Positions 1 through 10,087 of a stretch of DNA of 64,000 bases are shown one piece after another; within the stretch, counting starts at the first letter, position 1, and every line of letters begins with the position of its first letter. The translations under genes and the position numbers were made by a program. The stretch lies in assembly GCF_026210795.1 (NCBI RefSeq), contig NC_089429.1, positions 4,712,001-4,776,000 on the forward strand, in the 5' to 3' direction. This stretch comes from Rhizophagus irregularis. Taxonomy: Eukaryota. The notes beneath the pieces were generated by a model, which saw only the letters and a program-made list of their open reading frames with translations, was not told the DNA's origin and ran no database searches.

Positions 1-1
1 A

Positions 2-1153
2 GGACCAAATGCAGGTACCTATGTAAATGGGTCTGAAGCACAAATCTATTCAAGAGATATAAATAATGCATTAGCAACTATTAGAGCAACATTTATTCCT
101 ACCCATGATTTAATAGGTGGAGATAAAGCTTGGGGAAGAGCTGGTGCTCGTCCGACAGATAGAGTTGCTCCAGCTACTGCAGATGCTGGTGTTGCTGCTG
201 CTAATAATCATCCTATAGTTTTTCCAGGTATTAAACCTAACCAGGCGCTTTATTGGCTTAGAACACAATTTCCAACTATTTTAGATGAAAAGAAACGTAT
301 CCGTTTTAACAGTCTTTATCAGGAAAATGAGCCAGTTGATGCATTTTATAGAACTGTAAAGAGGGCTGGAAAATTACTAAAACTAACTGATGATCTTATT
401 ATCGACCAGTTCTTTAGAGGTCTTTCGGCTGATAATATTTTTGAAGCAGAAAGGTTTAGTAATCTTAATCCTGATGACTTGGTTAAACATCTGAGAAATT
501 TAGAACGAAGAAGGGCTGAAATGCGCTTGGGGTTACAAGATAGAAATCGACGACTTCAAGCAGATTACAGTGATGTAACTCAACCTCCGTTAGGAAAACA
601 GGAACCTGTCGTACTGACATCAAAGTCATCTGGGGTTACTCAAGAACAATTACAAAAGTTACTTAAGGCTCAAGCTGAGGAACTTACCAAGAATTTTCAG
701 GTGCAATTTAAACAATTACAAGCTCGGCCAGTTCGTAATCCACCAGTCTATAGACAGCAGATTAAACCTGTTCGACCAAAACCACAGAGACGTGTTGTTC
801 AGGATCCTCAGGATCCTGATTGGGATGATGGTTATGTAGATCATGATGTTGGTGATGACCCTGATGCTCCTGAGTGGACTTTGGATGATCATCAAAATGC
901 TATTGATCTTATTATGGGATATAAACGTGGGACGTCTAAAATACTTACAAAACAACTTCAGAAGGCTAAAGATAAACGTGATGATCTGGATTTGGCCCGA
1001 GCAATGAGAAACCTCGATCTTAATGATGATACTATGGACATTGATACTGCGAGTTTTGGTGAAAAGGTAGAATTGAGAGAAAAAGATGGTGATGTCTATA
1101 TGGTTCGTGTTGGGTCAAAAAAAAGTAGGTTCGAGTATCTCAAAACTTCTTAA
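2..1153 (+). CDS. Gag-like capsid protein (5'-truncated by window edge)
   Basis: Frame is open from position 2 to TAA at 1153, upstream of the track's 479 start. It contains LYQENEPVDAFYRTVKRAGKLLKLTDDLIIDQFFRGL, matching the retrotransposon Gag CA C-terminal pattern (LxQ..V..Y/F...F..GL), then a coiled coil and an MDID motif. No CCHC knuckle is seen. Confidence 0.75.
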   Translation, partial: GPNAGTYVNGSEAQIYSRDINNALATIRATFIPTHDLIGGDKAWGRAGARPTDRVAPATADAGVAAANNHPIVFPGIKPNQALYWLRTQFPTILDEKKRIRFNSLYQENEPVDAFYRTVKRAGKLLKLTDDLIIDQFFRGLSADNIFEAERFSNLNPDDLVKHLRNLERRRAEMRLGLQDRNRRLQADYSDVTQPPLGKQEPVVLTSKSSGVTQEQLQKLLKAQAEELTKNFQVQFKQLQARPVRNPPVYRQQIKPVRPKPQRRVVQDPQDPDWDDGYVDHDVGDDPDAPEWTLDDHQNAIDLIMGYKRGTSKILTKQLQKAKDKRDDLDLARAMRNLDLNDDTMDIDTASFGEKVELREKDGDVYMVRVGSKKSRFEYLKTS

Positions 1154-1865
1154 GTCGTCCCCAAATAAGACAGCAGTTAGCTCTTCTAGTGTGCCATTGA
1201 AAGGCAAAGCAACCCCTGTTAAGATTCCTGTGAAAGTTACTGGTAGTAAGTTTACACCTGCAAAAGCTGTTACTAAGAATGACTTATTAAGCCTGTTAAG
1301 GTCTGCAGACTTTAGGAAATTACTCCGTGAGATTCTTCAGGAGGAGTTATTGTCTGCTAGAAAAGTCACAGAGATTCCGGAGGACCTAGTTGAGGAGGAA
1401 CAAGAAGAGGATATCAGGGTAGATGATCCTATGGATATTGACATAGCTCGTTTAGAGAATACTAAAGATCTTTTAGCACTGGATGGGGAGGTTAATGGGA
1501 TAGCAATTCAGTGTTTAGCAGACACTTGTGCTAATGCGTCTTTTATTCAGAGAGAAGCTGCTGAGGAATTAGGGTTGGATATTGACAAGAGTATTACATA
1601 TAACATATCTGGTGCTTCAGGAACAGGTAGGACATTCGGCATGGTAAAGGGAGTGACAATCAAACTTACCCCTGATTATGCTATCACTGAGGACCTTGCA
1701 GTCTTAAGTGGTTACAAGCATAGGGAAATTGGGTTAAGCCGAACGTGTCTGAAACGTTACAATTATGATGTCCATGAATCACGTGAACATATAGCCTTTA
1801 CCTGTGATGGGAAGAATGTTTTTATCCCGATAGTTCCTGATGCTAATCGAGGGGATAAAAAATAA
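1086..1865 (+). CDS. Retropepsin-like aspartic protease, probably expressed as a Gag-Pro frameshift fusion
   Basis: CLADTCANASFI (DTG-type active site), flap ISGASG and C-terminal IGLSRTCLK (ILG-equivalent). Overlaps the gag end in the +1 frame at an A8 run (1117-1124). Stops at 1865 with no RT/RNase H following. Confidence 0.8.
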   Translation: MVMSIWFVLGQKKVGSSISKLLKSSPNKTAVSSSSVPLKGKATPVKIPVKVTGSKFTPAKAVTKNDLLSLLRSADFRKLLREILQEELLSARKVTEIPEDLVEEEQEEDIRVDDPMDIDIARLENTKDLLALDGEVNGIAIQCLADTCANASFIQREAAEELGLDIDKSITYNISGASGTGRTFGMVKGVTIKLTPDYAITEDLAVLSGYKHREIGLSRTCLKRYNYDVHESREHIAFTCDGKNVFIPIVPDANRGDKK

Positions 1866-1890
1866 GACCCTTTAATTCTTCTATTTTTTT

Positions 1891-2982
1891 TTATTCCCAA
1901 AATTTGCGAATTAAGTCAGGAACATCCTCCTTCAACTGGTCAGCAGGTTCCCAAGTAGCCTCAGTGTCTGGATAGCGCTCCCACTTAACCAAATACTGGT
2001 CTTGACCTTTTCTAATGCGATGCCGAAGTATCTGCTCAGGAACAAATCTTTCAGGTTGTCCTCTTATTATAGAGTCAGGTGGAGGCTTTTCATTAATAGG
2101 AACTACTTGCAATTCCTTTCGGGTATATGCACATCTGGATACACCTAATCGACCATGTGGTCCGTTAAGGAGATATGTAGGAGGCTGTTCGGGTGAGAGT
2201 ATCATTTTTTTGATTACACGAATGTTTGGGTTCCATCTTATGTCTCCTGTACGGAATTTTCCGTGAAGTTTATTACCGAGTACTGAGATAGGTTCATCTA
2301 ACTTGACTCTGACACGTGCTCCTTCAGAGAGGAGATCCGTCTTTTTTGACACTTTGGGTGATCCTGTCGGAATGTCTGGGGGATTTCTCTGCCAGAGTTC
2401 ATTTACTTTACTCACTATATTATGGAAATCTTCTGACCATTCCACGGATGTCACCCCGGTTTTCAACTCCTGTGCTACCATTCATTTAAGAAGGGGTTCT
2501 TGGATGGCTTGGATAGCTCTTTCAGCATAAGATTGCTGTTTATGCCTTCCTGGCTCTCCGAACCTCATCATTACCCCTAGGCTGTTCAGGAAAAAATCAC
2601 GTACCTGGTCGTTAGTGAATTCTGATCCGGAGTCTGTCTCCAGTCTGTGTGTTGGTGGCTTAATACGATTTCTTCTGTAGATTTTGACAAACCCGTTTAG
2701 AACTCTATTTGCAGTCTTATCCTTTAGGGGTTCTGCATCAACTCTCTTTCCTGCAACTTCCACCACTACGAGAAAATAGTGGAATCCTTTGGGGTCAACT
2801 GGCATTTCTGCAAGATCTGCCTGATGTGTTGCATTTGGTTTCCATACAATTACCTTTGGGCGTTCTGTTGACTTTTCCTTTAGGGGCTTTTTGTATAGGT
2901 TGTAGTGCTCTTCACCTTTTAGAATTCGTGCTGGTACTCCGGAGAGATTGTAGTACTTATAGTAATTCTCTAAGTGTGACAT
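1891..2982 (-). pseudogene. Polinton/Maverick-type DDE (rve) integrase with C-terminal chromodomain, split by one in-frame TGA
   Basis: ORFs 2482-3018 and 1891-2481 are in the same frame and joined as LLK*MVAQ. Catalytic D (HQADL), D (ETDSGSEF) and E (SYAERAI); GARVRV...WNP...QPPTYLL...YTRKELQVV; chromodomain EQILRHR...YLVKWERYPDTEATWEP. No HHCC finger. Likely ATG at 2982. Confidence 0.85.
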
Positions 2983-3026
2983 ATTACAACAAATTAAAGG
3001 AATGGTTTTAGATTTCAAATCTTAAA

Positions 3027-3347
3027 ATGACACGTTTTTACTGCCTAAAGTGCAAGAAGGAAACTGAGACGGCTAGTGAAATACAAGATATGACTACAAA
3101 TGGGCGTTACCGGCTGCATGGTGACTGCACAATTTGTGGTATGCATAAGAATACTTTTACTGGAATAGACTGGATGATCAAGAAGAAGACTAAGGAGAAA
3201 AAGAAAGAAACCGCTGCTAAGAGACAGCAGACGGCTTACAATCGGCAATGCAAAAAACTTGGACAGAAAATCTTAGATTCTGATGACGCGTGTAAACAGT
3301 GTATTGATAAATGCCTTAAGGAGGCAAAAAAGAGGAAGACGGATTAG
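3027..3347 (+). CDS. Small Cys-rich Zn-ribbon protein (DUF5679-like) with basic tail
   Basis: FYCLKCKKET...TTNGRYRLHGDCTICGMHKNTF resembles DUF5679 (from memory). Lys-rich C-terminus with additional Cys residues. Confidence 0.6.
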   Translation: MTRFYCLKCKKETETASEIQDMTTNGRYRLHGDCTICGMHKNTFTGIDWMIKKKTKEKKKETAAKRQQTAYNRQCKKLGQKILDSDDACKQCIDKCLKEAKKRKTD

Positions 3348-3428
3348 TACTGTCTTCTAAACTTATCTTGATATGCTCTATTCTCAATACCCATTGTTCA
3401 ATTACTTATTTTTTCTGACGGGGAAAGT

Positions 3429-3498
3429 GGCCATAGTTCGGTGGTCATAGTTCGGCGGTCATAGTTCGGCGGTCATAGTTCAGTGGCATAGTTCGGTG
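3429..3498 (+). repeat. Five ~14-bp tandem repeats (GGTCATAGTTCGGC consensus) in the element terminus
   Basis: Read directly. Further GG(T/C)CATAGT copies near 3569 and 3674-3700 (x3), and one inverted near 3609. Confidence 0.9.
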
Positions 3499-5414
3499 TC
3501 CCAGGTATGTAGATAAAGGGTGGTCATAGCTTAAATCGGGTTTTGGAGCCTGAGGGGCTAACTAAGGTGGCCATAGTATTATCATAAGTTTTTCGAACTG
3601 TGGCCAGTACTATGACCGGATATTCTGTCTGATTTTGGCTTTATTCGCGTTTTTATCCACTTTTTAGTAGTCTGGTCATAGTGGTCATAGTGGTCATAGT
3701 AGTTTTATGTATAAGAAAAAATGGATAAAAAAAAGGAGTTGGAAAGTAGTGTGACCAGCCATGGCCACTGTGGCCATGGTGGTAGTATATATGGGGATTC
3801 CTGGGACCTGCAAGGTCCAAATAGGTACTGCGACGGGTCGTTAGACCCAGAGGTGGGTGGTGCTTGCACCTCCCACATCCAGCCCGACGACTAACAAAGG
3901 TACCTTAAAAATGAGATCAGCTTTAAAGTTTGGCTTTAACAACGTGAAAGAACCTAAAAAAAGAAAAAAACTCATTAATATCATTTATAACAGGTTATTA
4001 CATGCACTATTAACCTATATAACACCTACCGAAATGAAAAAAAACACAATTGGCGGTAAATCTTAGCTTTTACAACGAAAAAAAACCTAAAAAAAAAGAA
4101 AAAACACTTGTTAGTGTTGTTTCTAAAAGCTTCGCGTACACCAACAACCTGAATAACACCTACCGAGACTTCGCCAAAGTGGAAAGTAAGAGGTCTTCTT
4201 TAGAAAGGAAATCAAATTAAAGAACCTAAAAAAAAGAAAAAAATTGGTTAATATTGTTTACAAGAGGTTAATACATATACAAAAACTTTGAAGAGGCCGT
4301 TTAAATTAGTTCATAGTCTATATAACCGACACTTACCAATATTTTTTCCAAATGAGAAGAAGGAAGAGTAACGAAATTGACATTAAACTTCCGTTGTGAA
4401 AAGAATCTAAAGTGAAAGAATCTAAAGTAAAAAAAAAAATCGTTAATAGTGTTTTTAAGGTTATTAAACACGGTGTATTAAACTTCACCTACCGAGTCTT
4501 TAAAGAACGAAAAGTCTCTTTTCAAATGATATTAACGTCAAAATCCACAACGCAAAGGACCTGAAAAAAGAAAAAAAAACCTTTAGTGTAGTTTTCAAAA
4601 CAAGACAAAAAAGAAGAAAAAAGAAACCAACCATCGAATATAAACATGATAAACAATGTTTTTAATGAAAACGTAATTAGAAAAGAAATGTAAAGGTTTG
4701 TTTTTATTAAAGGGTAGGGACAAAGAAACCAAAACAGATCGAAGAATTTTTTAAAAAAAAATTTTTTAAGATCGTGTTACAATTGAAATTTGACGCGCCA
4801 CAAAAAAATTTTTCGCCAATAAAATTAGGAGGCGCATGCCCTTGCGACATATCGCGGGTGCGATAAAAAACAAAACCCTTTTTTTTTATTACTAATACTA
4901 ATAATTTACTTTTTAACACTACTAATTTGCTCACTAACTTCATACTTTTTTATTTAATACTAATAATTTACTTACACTAATAATTTACTTTCTTCTTTGA
5001 TACTACTAATTTACTTTCATGTTACTAACATACTTTATTTTATTTTATTTTCTTACAAATTTTTATATTTATGATTATATCAAATTTAGTATTTTATTTA
5101 TGAAATATTGTGTATATTTTTTATATTTTAAGTCAATAAAAAAAATTCATAATTTCACTTTATAAATTGCCTGTTATTACTGTAAAATTTAACCTATAAT
5201 TCCTAAAATATGGCCTAAAATTTGGCTCAAAAATCACAATAATTGTATAAATTCAGGTCAAAAATAGGATAATTATTGAATGAATTACCATGCAATAATT
5301 GTGTGATTTATTGCAATTTTTAGCACAATTATTGTATGGTCAAATATACAGAAATCGTAGTGAATTTAATTGAATGATTTTTCAACAAAAATCACACAGA
5401 CTTTTTTCATAGGG

Positions 5415-6230
5415 ACGTTACTCCCCTTATATTAGGCACTGAACGTAAAGTCAATTATATTTACTTTACGTTACTCCCCTTATATAAGGTACAGAATTTA
5501 AAAATCGGTTAAACTTAAAATTTTATTGCGAAGATATTTCCAAAAATTTTTTTGCAAACACATTTATTCAAAATAATCGATTTATTTAATTAAATTTTAT
5601 TTGCAAATATTAAATTTAAGTCACACATTTTCGATTTTAACGAAAAAAATCACTGTATTTATTTAATGTAGTGATACAAATAAAAAAAACAATAACAATA
5701 AATAAAAAAGATAAATAAATTACAATGATCAAGGAGAAAAATGCTAATAAAAAAAAATGAAATCATAATGGAAAGTAATAGAAGAAGAAAGGGAGTAAAA
5801 AAGAGTAATGAGAAGTGATAGGAAACAAAAAGGAAAAAGAAATGATGGGAGACGAAAGGAGGTGATGAGAGACAAAAAGAAATGATGGGAAGTAAACAGG
5901 AGAGAAAAAGAAATAATGGGAAATGAAAAGATGTAATAGAAATAATGGGAGACGAAGTAATATGAGGTGAGGCAAAAAATAAAAAAATGATCATGATAAG
6001 AGGTTGGGTAATGATAGGAAACCAAGTAAAAAACAAACCATAAAGTAAAAAAAAATGAAGTTAGTAAATAAGATAAAAACGAAATAAAATAAGAAACGAA
6101 ACTATACTGAAAATAAGATTCGATAAACAAATAAACATGACGCGATCATGTGGCAAACATAAGGAGTAACGTAAAGTATTTACCAAAAAAAATTTACGTT
6201 CCGTACCTTACTATATAAGAGAAGTAACGT
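5415..6230. mobile_element. Non-autonomous TIR element with low-complexity interior
   Basis: ACGTTACTCCCCTTATATTAGGCACTGAACGTAAA at 5415 is an imperfect inverted match to TTTACGTTCCGTACCTTACTATATAAGAGAAGTAACGT ending 6230. Inner subterminal copies near 5461-5490 and 6160-6178. Confidence 0.6.
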
Positions 6231-7160
6231 AATAGATCATGTGACTTTATGTTACTTACTTTGTCAATTTCCGTTACTTACTTTCTATATATTCATTAAA
6301 CATCATAGTGATGTGAAATTTCGGTTACGTGTTCTCCAAACCTTTCGTATTTTTTTAATTTTTAATATCCGTCAATAAAATACGATTTCCCTATATACGT
6401 ACAACTAAATATGTTAGAAAACCATATTGGTGCAATTTGCATCCATACTAATTCTTTAATATTAAACGATTAATTAATCGATTAAGAACTTTGGTTAATG
6501 ACATTAATCGGTCTTTAATCAGTTAAAGCATTTTTTTTTGGCCGATTCCAACCTCCAAATAAAAGTACATTTAATTCATAATTTTAAATTTCAATGATTA
6601 ACCGATAATTTTATTGAACCTTGTTTCTATGTTAAATTATTTAATATGCTTTATAATTTTGGTTTAAAATAAACTTCGCCTCCTCACTGCCTCTATCGGC
6701 GCTCTGTAATATCCGTATATTATCGGTTGATAATAAAACTAAACTTATCATACTGAATTCTAACTGAACTGAACTTAGAACTGTCATAACTGAACTTCCA
6801 ACAACGGTCCTTTTTATAATGTTAAAATTTTGGTACAATTCTGTCTTTTCGAACAGAATCGCCATTCGGCTCCCGGCGATCTGGGCACATTTGTTATACT
6901 GTCACCTATATTCAGCCACCTTTCTATCGTTAAGCTTCCGTTTGTTTATCTAATCACTAAATATCTAAAAATAACTAAAAATAACTATACTAAAAAAAAA
7001 GATAAAAATAGATTAAAAAATAAAAACAATAAAAAATAAAAAATATTTATCCCGTGACAATATACACGTAATGCATTTTTTGGTTTAGTACAACATAGTA
7101 CAGAATATACTGTACATAAATAGGATTGAAAAAAAAAGTATTACTTTTTCTAAAAAAATC

Positions 7161-8457
7161 GTGACATAGAAATTTTATGTGAAGATGAAAAGAAATTATA
7201 TGGTTGTAGAGCAATTTTAGCAGCAAGGTCCGAAGTATTTGATAGACTACTTTATAATGGGATGAAAGAAAGTTATGATAATCAAATTTCTTTTTCAAAG
7301 TTAATTCCGCCGGGATGGAAATTATATTAGAATATATTTATACGGGATCGATTAAAGAAAAATCTTTGACAAAAGATAATGCAATTGAAGCTTTTACGCT
7401 GCTGATTATTTTCAATTATCAGACCTTCAGGATTTTATTACAAAAACGGTTATGAATACTAATTTAGTTAAAAATTATTCACCGGAATTACTATTTAAAA
7501 TTACAGAAATAACTCAATTAGCGAAAGATAATGTTTTTCTTATTTATTGGTTGAAACAGTAGCAATTATGTCATTGTAATATTGAAATTTGGTCGATTGT
7601 CTATTACGGGTCTTAAATGTCTTTTGTCTATTACACATGAAAGAAATGCCTTTCGTGACCCCCGAATATGAAGTTTTTTGGTATAGTGCAATTAGCAGCA
7701 AAACAAGTTTCTAATGATGCATTTAAACTTTTTTGAAACGATTGCCAACCTTAGACCAATTGGAGGATTCATCAAAAAATTGGAACCTTTGGTCAAGTAT
7801 ATTGATTTCAGAAGAATTAAACCTCAGATATTAGCCAATTTTATTGAGCCACTAGAAATTGTTTCAAATAAAATAATTTTTAACTTTTATCGATATGTAG
7901 CGTTATCGAATAATTTAAATTTAAGTAACACTCGTGGAAAATCACAAATTAATGAAATCGGCTATGTTTGGGATAAAATCAGCATGTAGATCAAAACTTA
8001 TTATTGAGGATAATGGAAAAGTTGTACGTCAATCTTTATGAACGGCAAAATATCAGAGTTAAAATGTTATTTGAAAATAATGGTATTTTTGAATGGGATG
8101 TTATTATTGAGAAAGATTGCAATGCTTCTTGGGTAGGAGTATGTGCATCAGAAAATTTTGTCATGAATATTTTGCAGGAACTCAATCTACTTGATGGGTA
8201 TTAGACTATTAGGTTCCGATGGTAGTTATAGCCATTCAAGAAATAGAGTACTATACAATAATTATTGCTAATCATTCGGAGATGGAGCAAAAATTACAGT
8301 ACATATAGATATGAATAAGAGAACTTGTTTTTTTACAGTCAATGGTACAAAATATCCAGAAGTATCAGCTTGGAATAATCTATCATCAAAACTTTATCCA
8401 GTAGTATCATTAAAATATCCTGGTCGTATTCGAATTCAACCTCATCAAAAAAGTTAA
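7161..8457 (+). pseudogene. BTB/POZ-SPRY pseudogene
   Basis: Colinear with 10088-11494, but the start is deleted and there are multiple frameshifts and stops. Ends ...YPGRIRIQPHQKS*. Confidence 0.9.
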
Positions 8458-10013
8458 AATGTTTATTGCAAATTCAAATTTTATGACTTTATTATATGTG
8501 TATTTTTTTGATTATGAATTATACCATGTACTAATTAAATTATTAAGCAAGAAAAATAAAATTGTTTATATTCTCGTAATATCAAATTTATTTATGTGAT
8601 ATAGAAAGAATTGTTTCGAACTAGTGTTCCAATCCGTTTAAACGGATAAGGCGTTTTATACATCCTGTATATTTGAATATATAAAGATAAATTCAAATTA
8701 GCGTATCAGATGACTAACGTGCAGTATAATCTGGTAAATTATAAATTTGGCTCGAGTTAATATATATTCTTACCGCAGACTATAATTTCCGATTTATTTA
8801 CACGGATAAACGGATAAGCCGTTAATTCCTGTTCTGTAGCGTCCAATATCTATTAGCTCAGGTTAATTTATAATTTATCAGAATAAACTATAGGGTAGAC
8901 ATCTGATATACTTATTTGAATTTAGCTTGATAATGCAGATATTTGTAAAACCCATAGGGTAGATCGGTCCACAAATATTTTCTACGCCGCCGAAAATACA
9001 CGTGTATTGTCACAGGGTCAGATTTCCACATATTTCCACAATATTCGATGTGGATTTTAAGTGGAAAAAGTTTCCTGATGTTAGTTATTCTTCGATCTCC
9101 TTGATTTTGTACCAATTCAACTTTTAAAGTTGTTGAAGAGAAGTAATATTATTGATTATAGCTGCAGATTATTCAATTTTTTTTTATTTGCAAGACCTTT
9201 ATGACAGTGAATTGTTATAATATTATAAAGTACTAGTACTACGGTATATTATATTCTTTACTTATTTTGTGGAATAATTATGCTATTATGATACTATGAT
9301 GTGCAGAACATTTTAATTATGGACGAAATCTTATATAGAATAATTATTTATATTTAATGATTGTAAATTATATTCACTACGAGTAAAGTTCACAGCAACA
9401 TTTTATAATGTAATTTATTTATAAAAATAAAATTTATTCACCCAACTTTCAAGTGTACTTAGTGTTTTAAAGGATTGTATTATTTTTACGCCAACAGTTA
9501 ATGGTGGATTTAACATATAATTTCTCTTTTAATTGTTATAAAGAAAAAAGATGGTTCTTTAGGATTTTATTTATAATTGCGTAATACAGTTGTTTCTTCT
9601 AAGACATAAAAAAAATTTACTCTATAAAAGTATGCTTCTTAAAATGGTTTTGTAAAATAAGATTTATTTGAGGAGGCGAAGTTTATTTTAAACCAAAATT
9701 ATAAAGCATAAATAATTTAACATATGTATTAAATGTACTTTTATTTGGAGGTTGTAGCCGACCAAAAAAAAAAAGCTTTACCTCGTTAAAGCGATTAACG
9801 TCATTAACCAAAGTTAGTTCTTAATCGATTAATTAATCGTTTAATATTAAAAAATTAGTACGCAAATTGCACCAATATGGTTTCTCACATATTTAGTTGT
9901 ATATAGGGAAATAGTATTTTATTGATATTAAAAATACGAGAGGTTTGGAGAACACGTGACCGAAAATTGCAGCAGCTATAATTCATATGATATGCACGTA
10001 ATGCATTTTTTGG

Positions 10014-10034
10014 TTTAGTACAACATAGTACAGA
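10014..10034 (+). promoter_or_regulatory. Conserved upstream motif TTTAGTACAACATAGTACAGA of BTB-SPRY genes (representative copy)
   Basis: Variants at about 7084, 10014, 32060, 35834, 36551, 39861, 43189, 48917, 52163 and 63821, while the surrounding sequence diverges. Confidence 0.65.
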
Positions 10035-10087
10035 ATAAATGGGATTGAAAAAAAGTATTACTTTTTCTAAAAAAGATTTCTTGAAAA

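Larger units (their letters stand above)
1..3896. mobile_element. Right part of an integrase-encoding element (Gag-Pro / integrase-chromo / Zn-ribbon), ending ...CGACTAACA
   Basis: Intronless, tightly packed genes, visibly GC-richer than the flanks. Structured terminal region; composition changes after CTAACA (3891-3896, i.e. TGTTAG on the minus strand). Confidence 0.7.

Noticed and set aside
1..3018. Ordinary Ty3/Gypsy chromovirus
   Set aside because: No RT or RNase H between protease and integrase, the integrase is antisense, and it lacks HHCC.
3800..3900. Helitron 3' end (hairpin plus CTRR)
   Set aside because: Several hairpins and a CA end next to an rve integrase fit an integrase-processed terminus better; no Rep/helicase is seen.
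5659..6130. Phe/Leu-rich minus-strand ORFs (also 23067-23615)
   Set aside because: Artefacts of low-complexity purine-rich sequence.
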